Shown here: piece after piece, positions 1 through 12,202 of the stretch | Layout: each line of letters opens with the position of its first letter | Numbering within the stretch: the first letter of the stretch is position 1 | Source: Antedon mediterranea | Taxonomy: Eukaryota; Animalia; Echinodermata | Reading direction: 5' to 3' | Length of the DNA stretch: 64,000 bases | Assembly: GCF_964355755.1 (NCBI RefSeq) | Contig: NC_092673.1 | Span: forward strand, 15,906,948-15,970,947 | Made by a program: the position numbers and the translations under genes | The notes under the pieces: model-generated | The model's database searches: none | Seen by the model: the letters and a program-made list of their open reading frames with translations, nothing else | What the model was told of the DNA's origin: nothing

Positions 1-118
1 TGAAAAACGTATGATGGTTTAAAACATGTACCATGGTTTGAAACACGTACCTGGGTTGAAAACGTACCATGGTTTGAAACACGTAACATGGTTTGAAACA
101 CGTACCATGGTTTGAAAC
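1..118 (+). repeat. Minisatellite, ~19-20 bp unit (catggtttgaaacacgtac), truncated by window start
   Basis: About six imperfect copies visible. Confidence 0.8.
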
Positions 119-857
119 GGTGCTAAATGTACTTTTCATTGTAATATTATAATTTCTGGAATTCTGTACATTTTAATGATTAATCGTGAAATATTTTGAT
201 ATACTTAAGTATTAGAAGTTTTAGCATAATGACTACAATTCGTTCCACTATGCGTTGTTAATAGTAAACATCTCTTTTATCTTCTAGATTTACCCATTAA
301 TAATCTTTTTCTGTAAATTATATACTTACTATCAGTTGTTAATGTTCTAAAATGGAACACTAATAAATATATTGTTTCTTTTATAAATCGTTAGTGTTAA
401 ATATTTGGTATACTTTGATTTTAATACTATGGCTAACCCCTATCTGAGGGCTATCCTTACTAAGGATACACTGACACTTGGACACGAAGGTCTTGTCCTC
501 TTAACATCAATTATTACTAGGCAATAGACCCTTTGAAAATAAATTACATAAAACGAACAATTAAAAATCCCCCAGCACTGCCGCTACGTAGGCCTACTAG
601 CTGCAGCTGCCCCGATAACTTGTGCTGCTGTCTCCTTAAAATTGCTAATGACCTGAGTAACCGAATTCATGTGACGTAGGAAAATGGGAGAATTACCGAA
701 CCGTTCGGCAGTTGCAAAGAAATTGGTTTAAAAAACACATTTTTTCGTACAAGTTTTCCGTTCTAATATAGCTTAATGGATAAAGGGGAATTATAAGGTG
801 CCCCAGCTCGAACGGCGTATCGATAGAATTCCAACAACTATCTGCTGACGAACATAT

Positions 858-960
858 ATTAGGACTTACTACCATGGAACAGAGAAGAGACCGCGGTGAC
901 ATGATTGAAACTTTCACGATAATAATTACAATCTTCTTAATCCTTCAAAATCCAGAAATA
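858..960 (+). mobile_element. CR1-type LINE 3' fragment (degenerate)
   Basis: Translates LGLTTMEQRRDRGDMIETF, matching the RRxRGD(L/M)IE motif at the end of CR1 ORF2. Confidence 0.55.
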
Positions 961-1839
961 CACAAGAATCATAGACAAATGGAACGCACTACCACAACAT
1001 GTTTTAGACGGTAATACTATAAATAATTTCAAACAATTATTGACAAACACATTAACATATCCAATAGAGGAGGCAGTCAATACATGTATTAACGCCTTTG
1101 CCTCCTGATTCACTTAAAGAACACTAACCTAAATAGGCCTAGCCACAGCATTTAAAATTTAACATTTTCTAATACCTAGCAAAGCAAACATTTTGAAACC
1201 ACCGACTCTCCCCATCATATTACCACAAAAGGAAAGTATGGGACAACATGATAGTTTTGAGTAATCAAGCAAAACGTGTTTTTGGTGAAATGTGTTTATA
1301 TAGGCTTATGTGATTAGCATAGGTAATTAATAGAATATTCTAGGTATATTAGTTTACAAAAATGTTAGCTCAAAATGTCCCATACTTCCTTCTGCTTTGG
1401 TATTATGAGCGCACTATGTAGGAAAAAACCACATTGAAAGGAAGTAAATCCACAATTATAGTAAATCAATGGTCACATGGAAAATACAATTATGAATTAA
1501 TGGTAAGCAGCATTCACTACATAAATTATTACTAAAAACCAGTATTTTGTAGCAAAAAATACAAACATTTATTCATCAAACTTTGATTTACAAAATTACT
1601 TGTAAATCCCCGAAATTATTGTCTTCACTCTAGATTATTTTATATCCCAAAATGTTAATTATTAAAATAAATATAAATATTGAAATGGTTTCTCTGGAAA
1701 ATACTGTAGCACATAAAATGGTTAAAGTCTGATTTGTATGTAAATTATTCAGACAAATAGAATTGTTGACAAATACATTATCCTCTAAATACATCATAAT
1801 TGATGTATCTTCAGTGAATATTATTGATTTGATGTTTAA

Positions 1840-2422
1840 TTGATTATCTGTCAAGTCTACTGATGAATCATTTACTGGCAACCGTTTCCAAAATGAATGT
1901 CGATTTGCTGGCATGAATCGGCAGAGGTTGGTCAAAATGTAATTGTTCTTTTTGTCTCGGATGCCTCTTGGTGATTGAAGACAACAGATTTCTCAATTCT
2001 CTCGGCAATTTTCTTTTTCAAGAATAACCCAGACTGGTAATGTGTGTCGTCGAGTGAGGTTTTCCAGTGTAACATCATTGAACCTTTGATGAACTTCGCT
2101 TCCTGTATGATACATAAAAGAAGTTTATGGGTATACTTTCCTTGGCTTACACCATTCTCAAACATATAGACATCTCCATATTCCAGTTTAGTTGCTGTGC
2201 CTCCTCGTGTGTTGATCACAGACACAAAGTCTTCACCATCATAAATATTCTTTCGGAATTTACCTTAGCTAACATAGCAGTATAAATTGTCCAATTCTTA
2301 TTTTGGGCACTGAAGTTGTCCATATAAAACAAGAACCTTGTTCGGTCTCGAAGTTTTGGGTGGTCTATGTATTTATTATGTGCTTGCCACATCTTCTGAA
2401 TTTCTTCCACAAACAGACTCAT
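1840..2422 (-). pseudogene. Degenerate DDE transposase, Sola-like
   Basis: Frameshifted ORFs give FYMDNFSAQNKNW (DNxxxQNKN motif) and C-terminal LCRFMPANRHSFWKRLPV. Flanking short inverted motif aagtatgggaca/tgtcccatactt at about 1234 and 1376. Confidence 0.55.
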
Positions 2423-4114
2423 CCCATATTACACCAATAATGGGATCATCATTGGTACACGTCTTTCCACCGATAGGTGTGAATGTCAAATAAAATTGTA
2501 TTAGCCTCCTACGCGTAAAAATGTTGTATAGCCTTTAAATAGCAATAAATATTTAATTTAATCCGTAGTATAGTATTGGGTTTTACTTAGGGATCGTTGC
2601 AGCTTTCATAGAGGTAGTAGATACATAGGCCTACTAAATATAAATTCTCTAAAGAGAAACCAATAAATATGAGCTGGGACATTTTAATGTGATGGGTATT
2701 AGCTTGAGGTACATCTGACATATAATTTGGAAAGTGGATACAATTAGAAACATTTATGAATCTATATGAAATTGTTAGAAATTAGAATAACTTTTATTAA
2801 CCTTTATTATATATGGAGATGGATAATTGCAGTGATGAAATTTTATAATATAAAATGTAAATAAGATGATTTATTTTTGTATAAAGAAATTTGTAATAAT
2901 AAATAATTTATATTTTGATTCATTGTATCAGTCATTGTGTTTTGTGTGTATAGCAATATAAAGGATTATTTGTGTGTGTTAGACTGTCTGCTACATTGAT
3001 TTGTAACTGTGAAATACAGTCAACTCTCTCAACCAGAACATTCATGAAAACTCGTAACAAGACCATTATTTAAAGACCAGAATTCCTTTCTTGCTTTACA
3101 AAATGTTTTATAGAAATCATAAGTGTGTCTGGCTTCTTACTGAGAGTTAGCTCTATACTTTAATTAATATAATAGGTGTTACGTTACCAGTTTTTTTTAG
3201 AATAAAAATGTCTTTTTCTCTTATTTTGCAATTAAAAGTGTTCAGCCTTGAAGCTGCTTTTTGTTTCATCTACCCATAATACAAATATAAAACAAATCAA
3301 TACAAAAATATAAAAAATACACAGAGGTAAAATACACTGGAATCTTACTGGAGTCTTGTCTTGTAATCAAATTAATTTATGTTATGTATATTGATAAACC
3401 AAACAGGACAAGATAGAAGCACAAAATCAAATGTAAAATTGTAAATTATTCTTTATAAAGAAAAGATTATTTTGAAAGAGGTGATGTATTATTAATATTA
3501 TTATCATTACTGTTGGATAAGAAATGTAGGCCTATTACAATTAAATTGTAATTGGTGAAATGGATAAGAATATTATTATATTGCTATACATTTTATAGCA
3601 ATATAATATTTGTATCGATTTTACCATGGAGAAATAATCTTATTAACCCGGAGTTTCCCTTTGATTAGGTTTTTGATGTTACTGCGACTGTGGCCAATGC
3701 TCTCCGATTTTGACATCGACCTATACTAAAATTCTATAGGTCCATGATATTTAGAGATAAACATTGATTGCGCCCTCAATAAAGTTTAATTTCAACAACA
3801 ACATCATATAACAAATAATCTTTGACAACACGTGTGAGTGTGCTGAAAAAAAGTAAGTATTTTTCATTAATATTACTTTATTTATTAACTTAACAACGAT
3901 ATTATACGAAATTATATTCTTTGATCAGCTTGGCTAAACCTATCTAGGCCTAGCCTAGGCTAGTAGTACTAGCCTAGTAGTAGGTAATTAGATCTAGGCC
4001 TCCTAGTCCTAGGCCTAGGCTAGTATAGTATTAGTAGTAGGGCCCTGGGCCTAGCTAGTACTACAGCAGTACTACTCTAGTACTACCTAGGCCTAGTACT
4101 AGTAGTGGGAAAAA

Positions 4115-4282
4115 GACGATCGGGACCACGGACGATCGGGCCCAGACGATCGGGCCCATTGTAAGACTATCAGGCCCAAAGCGTGAGACGATCGGGCCCA
4201 ACAAGGTTTTATTAAGAAGATGGGACCAGAAACGATCGGGACCAGAGACAATTGGGCCCAACAAACAAGACGATCGGGCACG
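4115..4282 (+). repeat. Short tandem motif array (gacgatcgggccca), probably MITE subterminal repeats
   Basis: About eight imperfect copies of gacgatcggg(a/c)cca. Confidence 0.55.
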
Positions 4283-5968
4283 TCTTATTTTGGTCGCAAT
4301 TAAACCAACTTTTGGAATTTTTTATGGCGCGCGTCAGTATAGCTATGCATTTTTTATCATATCTGTCATGTTTTTTATTTCGATTGGGTTTTATTGAGTC
4401 GCGCCATTTTGTATTTGCCGCACTAAATACATTTTTGTGATTAATATTATGCACTTGTCAATTTTATGACGCACTATACGACCCCCGGAAGAGGTAATCA
4501 TTTTAATATAATGTTATGTGTGGTAGGAGATGAGACGAGTAAACCTTCCTGAGCGCCTCTTGTTCTTCAGCACATGATTTTGTTTACCTTGACAATCCGG
4601 GGATTCCCCTTAAAATAAAACGTAGCATGTTACGGAATAAACATCAAAGCAGTAACAGTTGCCTGCCAAAAGTGGAAACAGTTTGAATTTATAATATTTT
4701 CAATAAGGTTCTCTGTCATTATAATTTATAATATTTTCAATAAGGTTCTCTGTCATTATAATTTCAGTAAATTAAAAGCAAATAAAAAGAGTCTGTGTCT
4801 TATACATAATGGTTTGTAATTAATATCTGGTTAATTACTGCATGTACACTTTTGTGGGTAAATCGTATTCTCATATCCATAGTGTCAATATGCTACGGTA
4901 GATTCGTCTTTCCTCAATCAACAGTATTATTTTATAATATTGGGTTAAAACATGTACTCTGGTATTCATCATTATTGTAGGCGTATTATTGGTAATAAAT
5001 ACGTTACTCTATTACTGATTATAAACTATTTTAATTAATATTTCTGATTTTTTTTTCAGAAACAACATTTTTTACAATGATTTTCAGCACACATTCACAA
5101 ACATCTTGCAACCTGTAAAATAAATTGAAAACAAACATTATATACATTAGGCCTAAATAAACATTCATCCCTTATACGTAACAAATATTGACCAGAACCA
5201 ATTACAACCGCAAAGGCGTATCAGCGACGCTCCATACTGAATACCAGATGTTGATTTTTATCGGAACCAAAATAAAACATTTTACCATATCGAACACAAG
5301 TCCCAATCATCTGATAACCTTATCAGATGCTCCAAGAACAAAGGAAAATTGTTTAATGTTATTAATAAGCTTTTGAAGGGCACGTCTGTAATTTCATATC
5401 CTACTCATGAAAATTTACCTGATTTGATCGAATTTTTTTCTAACTATTTTTTTGATAAGATTGCTAAAATATGAAATGAACTTTCCAAAACTGTTCTTTA
5501 CCTCCGCCAATTACATATCCACCTGTTAATTGTTCATTTTCTGCTTTTACTCCTGTTGATTGCTCAACTGTTAGTGTTAATGAAATTTGTCTCTTCGTTA
5601 TCCTCTGCCTCCTGTTCCCTTGATCCTATTCCAACAAATGTGTTCAAATCATGCCTTACTTCATTTTTAGATCCACTCCCAGTTATAGTTATCCATTATT
5701 TCAGGAACCGTTCCTGAAATCTTTAGAACTGCCGTTATTAAACCTATTCTAAAGAAGTCATCCCTTGACTCCAATTTGTTAAAAAATTTCCGACCAATAT
5801 TAAATCTTTACTTCCTTGGAAAGCTCCTTGAGAAAATAGTTTCAAATCAATTCATATCTAATCTCTACAAATTCAATTTTTTAAATCCATTTCAATCTGC
5901 ATATAGAGTTGGTCACAGTAAAAACTGTCACAATGAAACTGCCCTCATCAAAATTCATAATGATATTG

Positions 5969-6240
5969 CCATAGCCATAACATCCGCATGGGTTCGAGGC
6001 TCACTCACTCCATGGTTCTGGTGGTAGAACAAGTCTTCTCGGATAAGGACTATAAACCGTAGGTCCAGTGTACACATCTAGCTCGTGTGTACTTTAAAGA
6101 ACCTAGTACATCTTTCAAGACGAGTAGGGGTTTACCCTGGTGTATTAGTACATCACAGCCACTGATCACCAACTGGGCCCTCTGGGAGACCAGTAATTGA
6201 CTGAAGAGGTTACCCAGTATAAATATATATTTCAATTTCA
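5969..6240 (+). mobile_element. Deu-domain SINE, 5'-truncated
   Basis: B-box-like gggttcga; central cggataaggactataaaccgtaggtcc...taaagaacc...gagtaggggtttaccctggtgt resembles the Deu domain; (tttcaa) tail; ATTG duplicated at 5965-5968 and 6241-6244. Confidence 0.7.
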
Positions 6241-6758
6241 ATTGTCTGTTCCTTGGATCGAAAGCGTGCTGTTGCACTCGTTATGCTAGACCTTTCATCT
6301 GCTTTCGACACTGTTGATCACAACATCCTTCTTTGTCGCCTTTCAGATTACTATGGAGTGTCTAATAGATTGGTTTCGATCTTATCTGACTGGCCGGACC
6401 CAGTGCGTAGAAATCAATGATACTAGATCTGCTCCTAAGAGCCTTGAATGAGGAGTTCCACAGGGTTCTATCCTGGGGCCCTTCCTTTTTACTCGGGGTA
6501 CCCGAGTCTAGGACTTACTCATTTTCTCCTCTTCTTCCTCCATCTGGACACTATTGAGTAAAAAGTGCGATTTTTTAAGTACTACTCCTCCCTTATTCGT
6601 TGTAGTATTGAGCTGGGATTTGGCCCATACATACTACAGGGACATGTCCTCAAAGCTATAGAGCCGGATTTTTAATTTTTTGTTAATTAATTTGTTTAAT
6701 TAAGAATCCACAATGTGTGACACACACCACAGCGTTATGTAGTTATATGGTTATATGC

Positions 6759-6830
6759 GGATTCTTGGCGTAGTGGTTATCACGTTTGCTTAACACGCAG
6801 AAGGTACCTGGTTCGAGCCCGGACGAAACC
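6759..6830 (+). pseudogene. tRNA-Val(AAC)-derived unit A1
   Basis: tagtggttatcacg...gcttaacacgcag...ggttcgagccc followed by T10. Acceptor stem mismatched. Confidence 0.75.
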
Positions 6831-6915
6831 TTTTTTTTAAACGTTATGGTGAAAAGTACTCTATACGCAATATGATAATTATACACAGTATATCTTATTT
6901 TTATTATTTTTTTAA

Positions 6916-9365
6916 AGATGTATTGTCCCCCTGAAAAAAAATTTTTTTTCGATATTTTTGTTGAATAGGCCATTTTAATTGCACATAAAAGTTATTCACT
7001 TTGACCTCAATTTGGATTGAAAAAAATAATTTTTTACACGGGAAAATCGCAATTTAATGCAAAAATTAACCAACCGGAAGCTATTTGTCTGGAAGACAAA
7101 TGTGTTCCGGTTTAATTTAACCCTTGACCTGAGTTAGCTCATAAATATTCATATCGTATGGATACATCGTGTGGATGATGACGCTTTCCAAATCAACAGC
7201 CAACAACAACGATAGCAATGCCATGCGTGCGAGAGAGTCGAGTAGTGATGCGAGACGAATCTTGAAGAAAACACGAAAACTATAGCTAGCAGAATGCTAA
7301 GTTAGAATTACAGTTGGTAACTTTGATGTTGAATCTTATTCATTTAGGTGAGTTTTTGTTTCGCTAACAGGAGAGGCCTAGCTAGGCCTAGGCCCGAATT
7401 TGCTGCTACTGTACTACTAGGCCTAGGCCCTAGTACTACTAGCACTGACAGTCTCGAGTAGCCTAACTGCTGCCTACTTCTGTCTCTAGAAGTAGAGTGT
7501 AGTAGTAGGCCTAGGCAGTACACTGCTAGCTAGGGCTACAGTAGACCACCACCAGAAGGGATGTATTTTTGTTTTAATCATGATGAATTGGTTTAATTTT
7601 TAAAGATTTCAACTATCTATTCGGCAGTGAAAATTAAAAAAAAAAGAAAATCTAAATATTGTTTTGGATGTTTTACTGATGCAATATTTTAAAAATATTT
7701 TCTGTATCAAATGCAATAGGTTCAAATTAACATTCCGCAAAATGCAGATATTTTGACACAAATTTCTTCTTTTTTTTTTAGGTTGATTGATTGAACAATA
7801 AGAGCAAGTAGTGAGAAACATAAAATGTATCGTACAGTGGCAACATTCACAATTTATTGAAACGTTTCTTACTATTAAAATGACACTTTGTAATGGATGT
7901 GAGCGATCTTAGAAGACTATAGCTGTCGTAATTACTGCCACAATCAACACATTGATAATTAGTAGACAAATTGACACAAAAAACAATACAGGAATTCAAT
8001 AAGATATACTGTATATATATTTTATTAACTCCTTTTGCACTGTAATATTTACAGTAAAATTATGAAGTGTAAGTAAATTTGAAGAATTTATCCTGTGTAC
8101 TGTTGTAGTAGTTTTTTTTATTTATTGAATGTTATGTTTACAAAATAATATACTGTACATATAATACAAAAAAAATTATACAATATTTTACAAGCTGGAC
8201 AAGAACATATTGGCCGAATGCAGCAGGAGAGTCAGAAATATTTTTCCTGCAATATCCAATCATATTCCAATACCGAGTCTATCATTGTTGTCTTTGGGTG
8301 ACCTCTGTTCCAGTCTTCATCAGCTCAACGTCTTTAAAAAAAGTAAAAGCAAAGTATGAAAATATGGAAAAAATATATCATGCATATTTAGTGCAAAATT
8401 GGGCTAGTGAAATTGCTTACTTTGACATAGTCAAATAAGTATACTACCTTTCTATGGTAATTAAAACACATTACTTATAATGTTATAACTTATAAAAATA
8501 GAAAATAAATATTTGACTTACTACAGTACAGAGAACATTTGTTTGTGTTGTAAAATGGCTAAGCTGGCTTTTCCCCTCTGTCTACTTGTACAGTGCTGCT
8601 GGAAGGTTCTCAATTTCAGGCTTGTATTGCAACCATTTTCCCTGAAAAATGTTTGTTTTATTTTTATCATAAACATTAGTTAAACAAGCTTCAACTGTAA
8701 ATATATATGGTACAGCAAGCTGGCTGTATTTTCGGAATGTAGCTAAGATTGATGGCATATAGCCTAGGCCAGTCTATGAAGAGTACAAACAATGTATAGG
8801 GCCTAGCTGGGCATCTTCTGCAGGGACCCGATTGTCACAGTCTGCTTGCTACTAGCCTAGTAATATGCAGCAGCATTTATTAATTATTCTAGGCCTAGCC
8901 CTGAACTGAAAAAATCCCAGGCTAAGTTAATTAATTTACCTTCCTGTTATTATTCCGTTATATATATTATTATATTTAAAATAACCGTCTAGGCCTACAT
9001 ACCGACAAATTAACAGCTCAGCTTTACATATTTATACGATCAGCCATCCCAGGGAAACCCACAGTCGCGTCGATCTCTGGTGGTGTTGTTGTACCATACA
9101 ACGTGCATCGTCCATTGTTAGATCAGATCTCTGCTGTGTGGATGCTCATTAACATATCATGCATATGTATGAGTTAGCTCTACCGGCCTAATTTCTGAGC
9201 CGATGAGTTCGAAAAAATGGTAAATTTATTTTGATTTTTTTATAAGCGAAATCAATATTTTTTTCGGATTCGGAAGTGAATAACTTTATGTTAACTACAA
9301 AACGGTCTATTCAAAATTTGATTTTTTTCATCTTTATTTTTCATTTTTTGGGGGACAATACATCT
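6916..9365 (+). mobile_element. Non-autonomous Kolobok element (2.45 kb), ends related to the 39006-63840 element but in opposite orientation
   Basis: TIR AGATGTATTGTCCCC...GGGGACAATACATCT with TTAA on both sides. The empty site ttttttaaatacttatttt is present in the duplicated HINE unit at about 9884. Confidence 0.9.
8185..8332 (-). pseudogene. Remnant of the last exon of a ballast-like accessory gene
   Basis: Minus strand gactggaacagaggtca...agactcggtattggaat...ttcggccaatatgtt parallels the codons for WSRGH...RLGIG...FGQYV at 41100-41255. Confidence 0.5.
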
Positions 9366-9500
9366 TTAAATACTTATTTTGTGTAATCGGTAATTATCAC
9401 TTTTACACATTGTTTATTTTTCTTTGTGCTTATTACCATATTTATTTGTAATTTAAATGGATTAAAAAACTTTCTGTAACCCACATTTTTAGTGTAAGTG

Positions 9501-9571
9501 GGTTTCGTAGTGTAGTGATTGTCAAGTCTGCTTAACACGCAGAAGGTCCCGGTTAGAGCCCTGGCGAAACC
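9501..9571 (+). pseudogene. tRNA-Val(AAC)-derived unit B1
   Basis: Acceptor stem ggtttcg/cgaaacc; anticodon arm ctgcttaacacgcag; B box mutated (ggttaga). Confidence 0.75.
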
Positions 9572-9733
9572 TCGGGTTTCTTTTACTTTATGGTGAAATA
9601 ACTGTATACGTCTGTATACAGCTTCTTTCGCTGTACCCCGAGTATTGCACATTCGTGCTTTTTTGTTAATTAATTTGTTTAATTAAGAAGCCACAATGTG
9701 TGACACACACCACAGCGTTATGTAGTTATATGC

Positions 9734-9805
9734 GGCTTCTTGGCGTAGTGGTTATCACGTTTGCTCAATACGCAGAAGGTACCTGGTTCGAGCCCGGGCT
9801 AAACC
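9734..9805 (+). pseudogene. tRNA-Val-derived unit A2 (anticodon changed to AAT)
   Basis: Duplicate of A1, followed by a T9 tract. Confidence 0.7.
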
Positions 9806-10018
9806 TTTTTTTTTAAACTTTATGGTGAAAAGTACTGTATACGCAATATGATAATTATACACAGTATATCTTATTATTATTATTTTTTTAAATACTTATT
9901 TTGTGTAATCGGTAATTATCACTTTTACACATGTTTATTTTGCTTTGTGCTTATTACCATTTATTTGTAATTTAAATGGATTAAAAAACTTTCTGTAACC
10001 CACAATTTTAATGTAAGA

Positions 10019-10089
10019 GGTTTCGTAGTGTAGTGGTTGTCAAGTCTGCTTAACACGCAGAAGGTCCCGGTTCGAGCCCTGGCGAAACC
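10019..10089 (+). pseudogene. tRNA-Val(AAC)-derived unit B2, the best-preserved copy
   Basis: 7-bp acceptor stem, A and B boxes (tagtgtagtgg; ggttcgagccc), AAC anticodon, T5 just downstream. Mismatches in D and T stems. Confidence 0.75.
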
Positions 10090-12202
10090 TATTTTTCTTT
10101 AACTTTCTAACTGTATTACGTCTGTATACAGCTTCTTTCGCTGTACCCCGAGTATTGCACATTCGTGCTTGTTTCTCTATATATTTCCCCTCTCACTGAA
10201 ATTATTAAAGAATACAATTTACACAACCACCTATATGCTGATGACTTACAGCTATGTCGATTTTAGTCCTTCTGAATCTCACGATATAACAACTTGAAAG
10301 TTGTCTCTCTAAAATATCATTCTGGCTATCAACCAACATGCTCTTGCTTAACAATTCTAAAACCGAATTTATCATTATCACATACAGTACGTTCCAAATT
10401 TAATATTCCCTTGATTTCTTTTAATTCCTGTACAATTTTTCCATCACCTTTTGTTAAAAATCTTGGGGTTTATTTTGATGGATTATTATCCTTCAACAAA
10501 CATATAAGTCATGTTACAAAAACTACTAACTTCCATCTACATAAACATTGCTTGCATTCGAAAGTATCTGTCAAAGCGTACTACCTCTACATTAATAAAT
10601 GCCTCTGTCACTTCTCGCCTTGATTATTGCAACTCTCTTTTTTTTGCCTACCGAAATCTTTAATGAATCGACTTCAACGTACGGTCTCCAGAACACTGCT
10701 GCACGCATTCTAACTCTAGAAGATCCTCACACATATCTCCTATTATAGCCTCCATTGGCTACCTATTGACTCCCATATAAAATATAAGATCCTTTTACTA
10801 ACATTTAAAGCGCTACTTCTTATACAATCTCTTTGATCGTCTTCCCTCCTACACCCCTCTTGCTTGTCTTCGTTCGGCTAATCAAAACCTACTACTTGTT
10901 CCTAGAATTAACACCAAATCTTATGGACAAAGGTCTTTTATGTTCTCTGCTGCTTCTCTGTGGAATTCTCTCCCTCGTCATTTTACTAAATCAACTTATT
11001 ATATTGCTATTTTTAAAAAGAAGTTAAAACGCATCTTTTTAACATCCAATATAAGCGCCTTTGATTTTTACTTCGGTTTAGTTGATTCTGGCGCTATACA
11101 AATACCTAATTATTATTATTATTATTAATTATTAGTAGCATAGGATGGTTGCCTGTCAGACGGTGAAAAAAATGTTCCATATTTTTTTTAATCATACAGT
11201 TATAGGCCAATATTTTAAGAACATTTTATTACAGTATTTGTTTTCTCATAGGACCTTCCGTTCAGGAAGTATGACTTTTTAATTAACATGGTGTCCTCAA
11301 ATCTCCTGAGAACGCTATTTTATTTTTGTTTTTACGCTCGGCTGGTAACAACTGTTTCTCTGTTTTCTCTGCAAGATGGATTCCGTAGCTCGAAAATCGT
11401 CTTTAAAACCACACTATAAAGATGTACTGGTCTGACCACCTGTCGAAATACATTCTATATGAATCAAAGAAAAATACATTCTGGTCAAGAGGTTCACATA
11501 AGCATTATTGCTTTAAAGTCTCTAAAGGTTGATCCAGGACCAGGTAGTTGATAACAATCACTATCATCAGGCCTAAATATGGGTTTACGAGGATATCAGT
11601 CAGCTTTTATTTTGGTATTTGTATGGCGCACCACAATCTATCTGCTATGCCATGCTTTTGATAATTTTGAACTAGGGCTAGGCAGTGCCATTGTTAACCC
11701 ACTCACAGTTCATCCTCATTATCACTTTGGTAATAGTAGTGTACAATGATTGACAGAGTATTGACTTAAGTTCATTTTATTATCACTCTGTGTAAATATA
11801 ACCAAAATGGTATTAGTACAGAGAGTTATAAACTGCTGTGTGTTCTATTTATTATCTTTGTTGAACATTAGAATACAATGTTAATATTAATCTATGGTAA
11901 AGATTATATATAAACAATTGTATAACAGGAACTCAATAATCAAAACAAACAAATCATTAATAACAATTTCTACCCTAGTTTTCTGTATAAGTGTTATAAT
12001 GAACTTGTTATCATATAAACTGTCCGACCAGAGCAATATGTAAAAAAAAAATATATTTAGATTATAAAGATAATAAATGTTTGCTAAAGTATTCTGACTG
12101 TATATAGACCCTGAACCAGACCAGATCAAATGTGAGATAACAAATTACCTATCAGAGGTCCCTGTAGCCCATTCAAATAAGACCAATTTTGACAAATATA
12201 GT

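Larger units (their letters stand above)
6489..10173 (+). mobile_element. Non-autonomous Helentron-like element (HINE/DINE-1 type) with tandem partial 3' duplication (9661-10173)
   Basis: 5' subTIR tactcggggtac overlapping palindrome actcggggtacccgagt, then a ctt/cct microsatellite-like tract. 3' gtaccccgagta followed by stem-loop gcac-attc-gtgc, seen at both about 9650 and about 10160. Inserted in a T run of the LINE with no TSD. Confidence 0.75.
5400..11130 (+). mobile_element. L2/Crack-type LINE, 5'-truncated and degenerate, in three pieces (about 5400-5968, 6241-6488, 10174-11130)
   Basis: RT motifs SCSLDPIPT, KPILKKSSLD...NFRPI, FQSAYR, ETALIKIHNDI|VCSLD...LDLS.AFDTVDH, GVPQGSILGPFLF|SLYISPL...LYADD, LHWLP. 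L2-like tail ggcgctatacaaat followed by (att)n. The coding sequence continues across both insertions; it contains stops and frameshifts. Confidence 0.9.

Noticed and set aside
6759-10089. Functional tRNA-Val gene cluster
   Set aside because: Each copy has stem mismatches or box/anticodon mutations, and all lie inside a mobile element.
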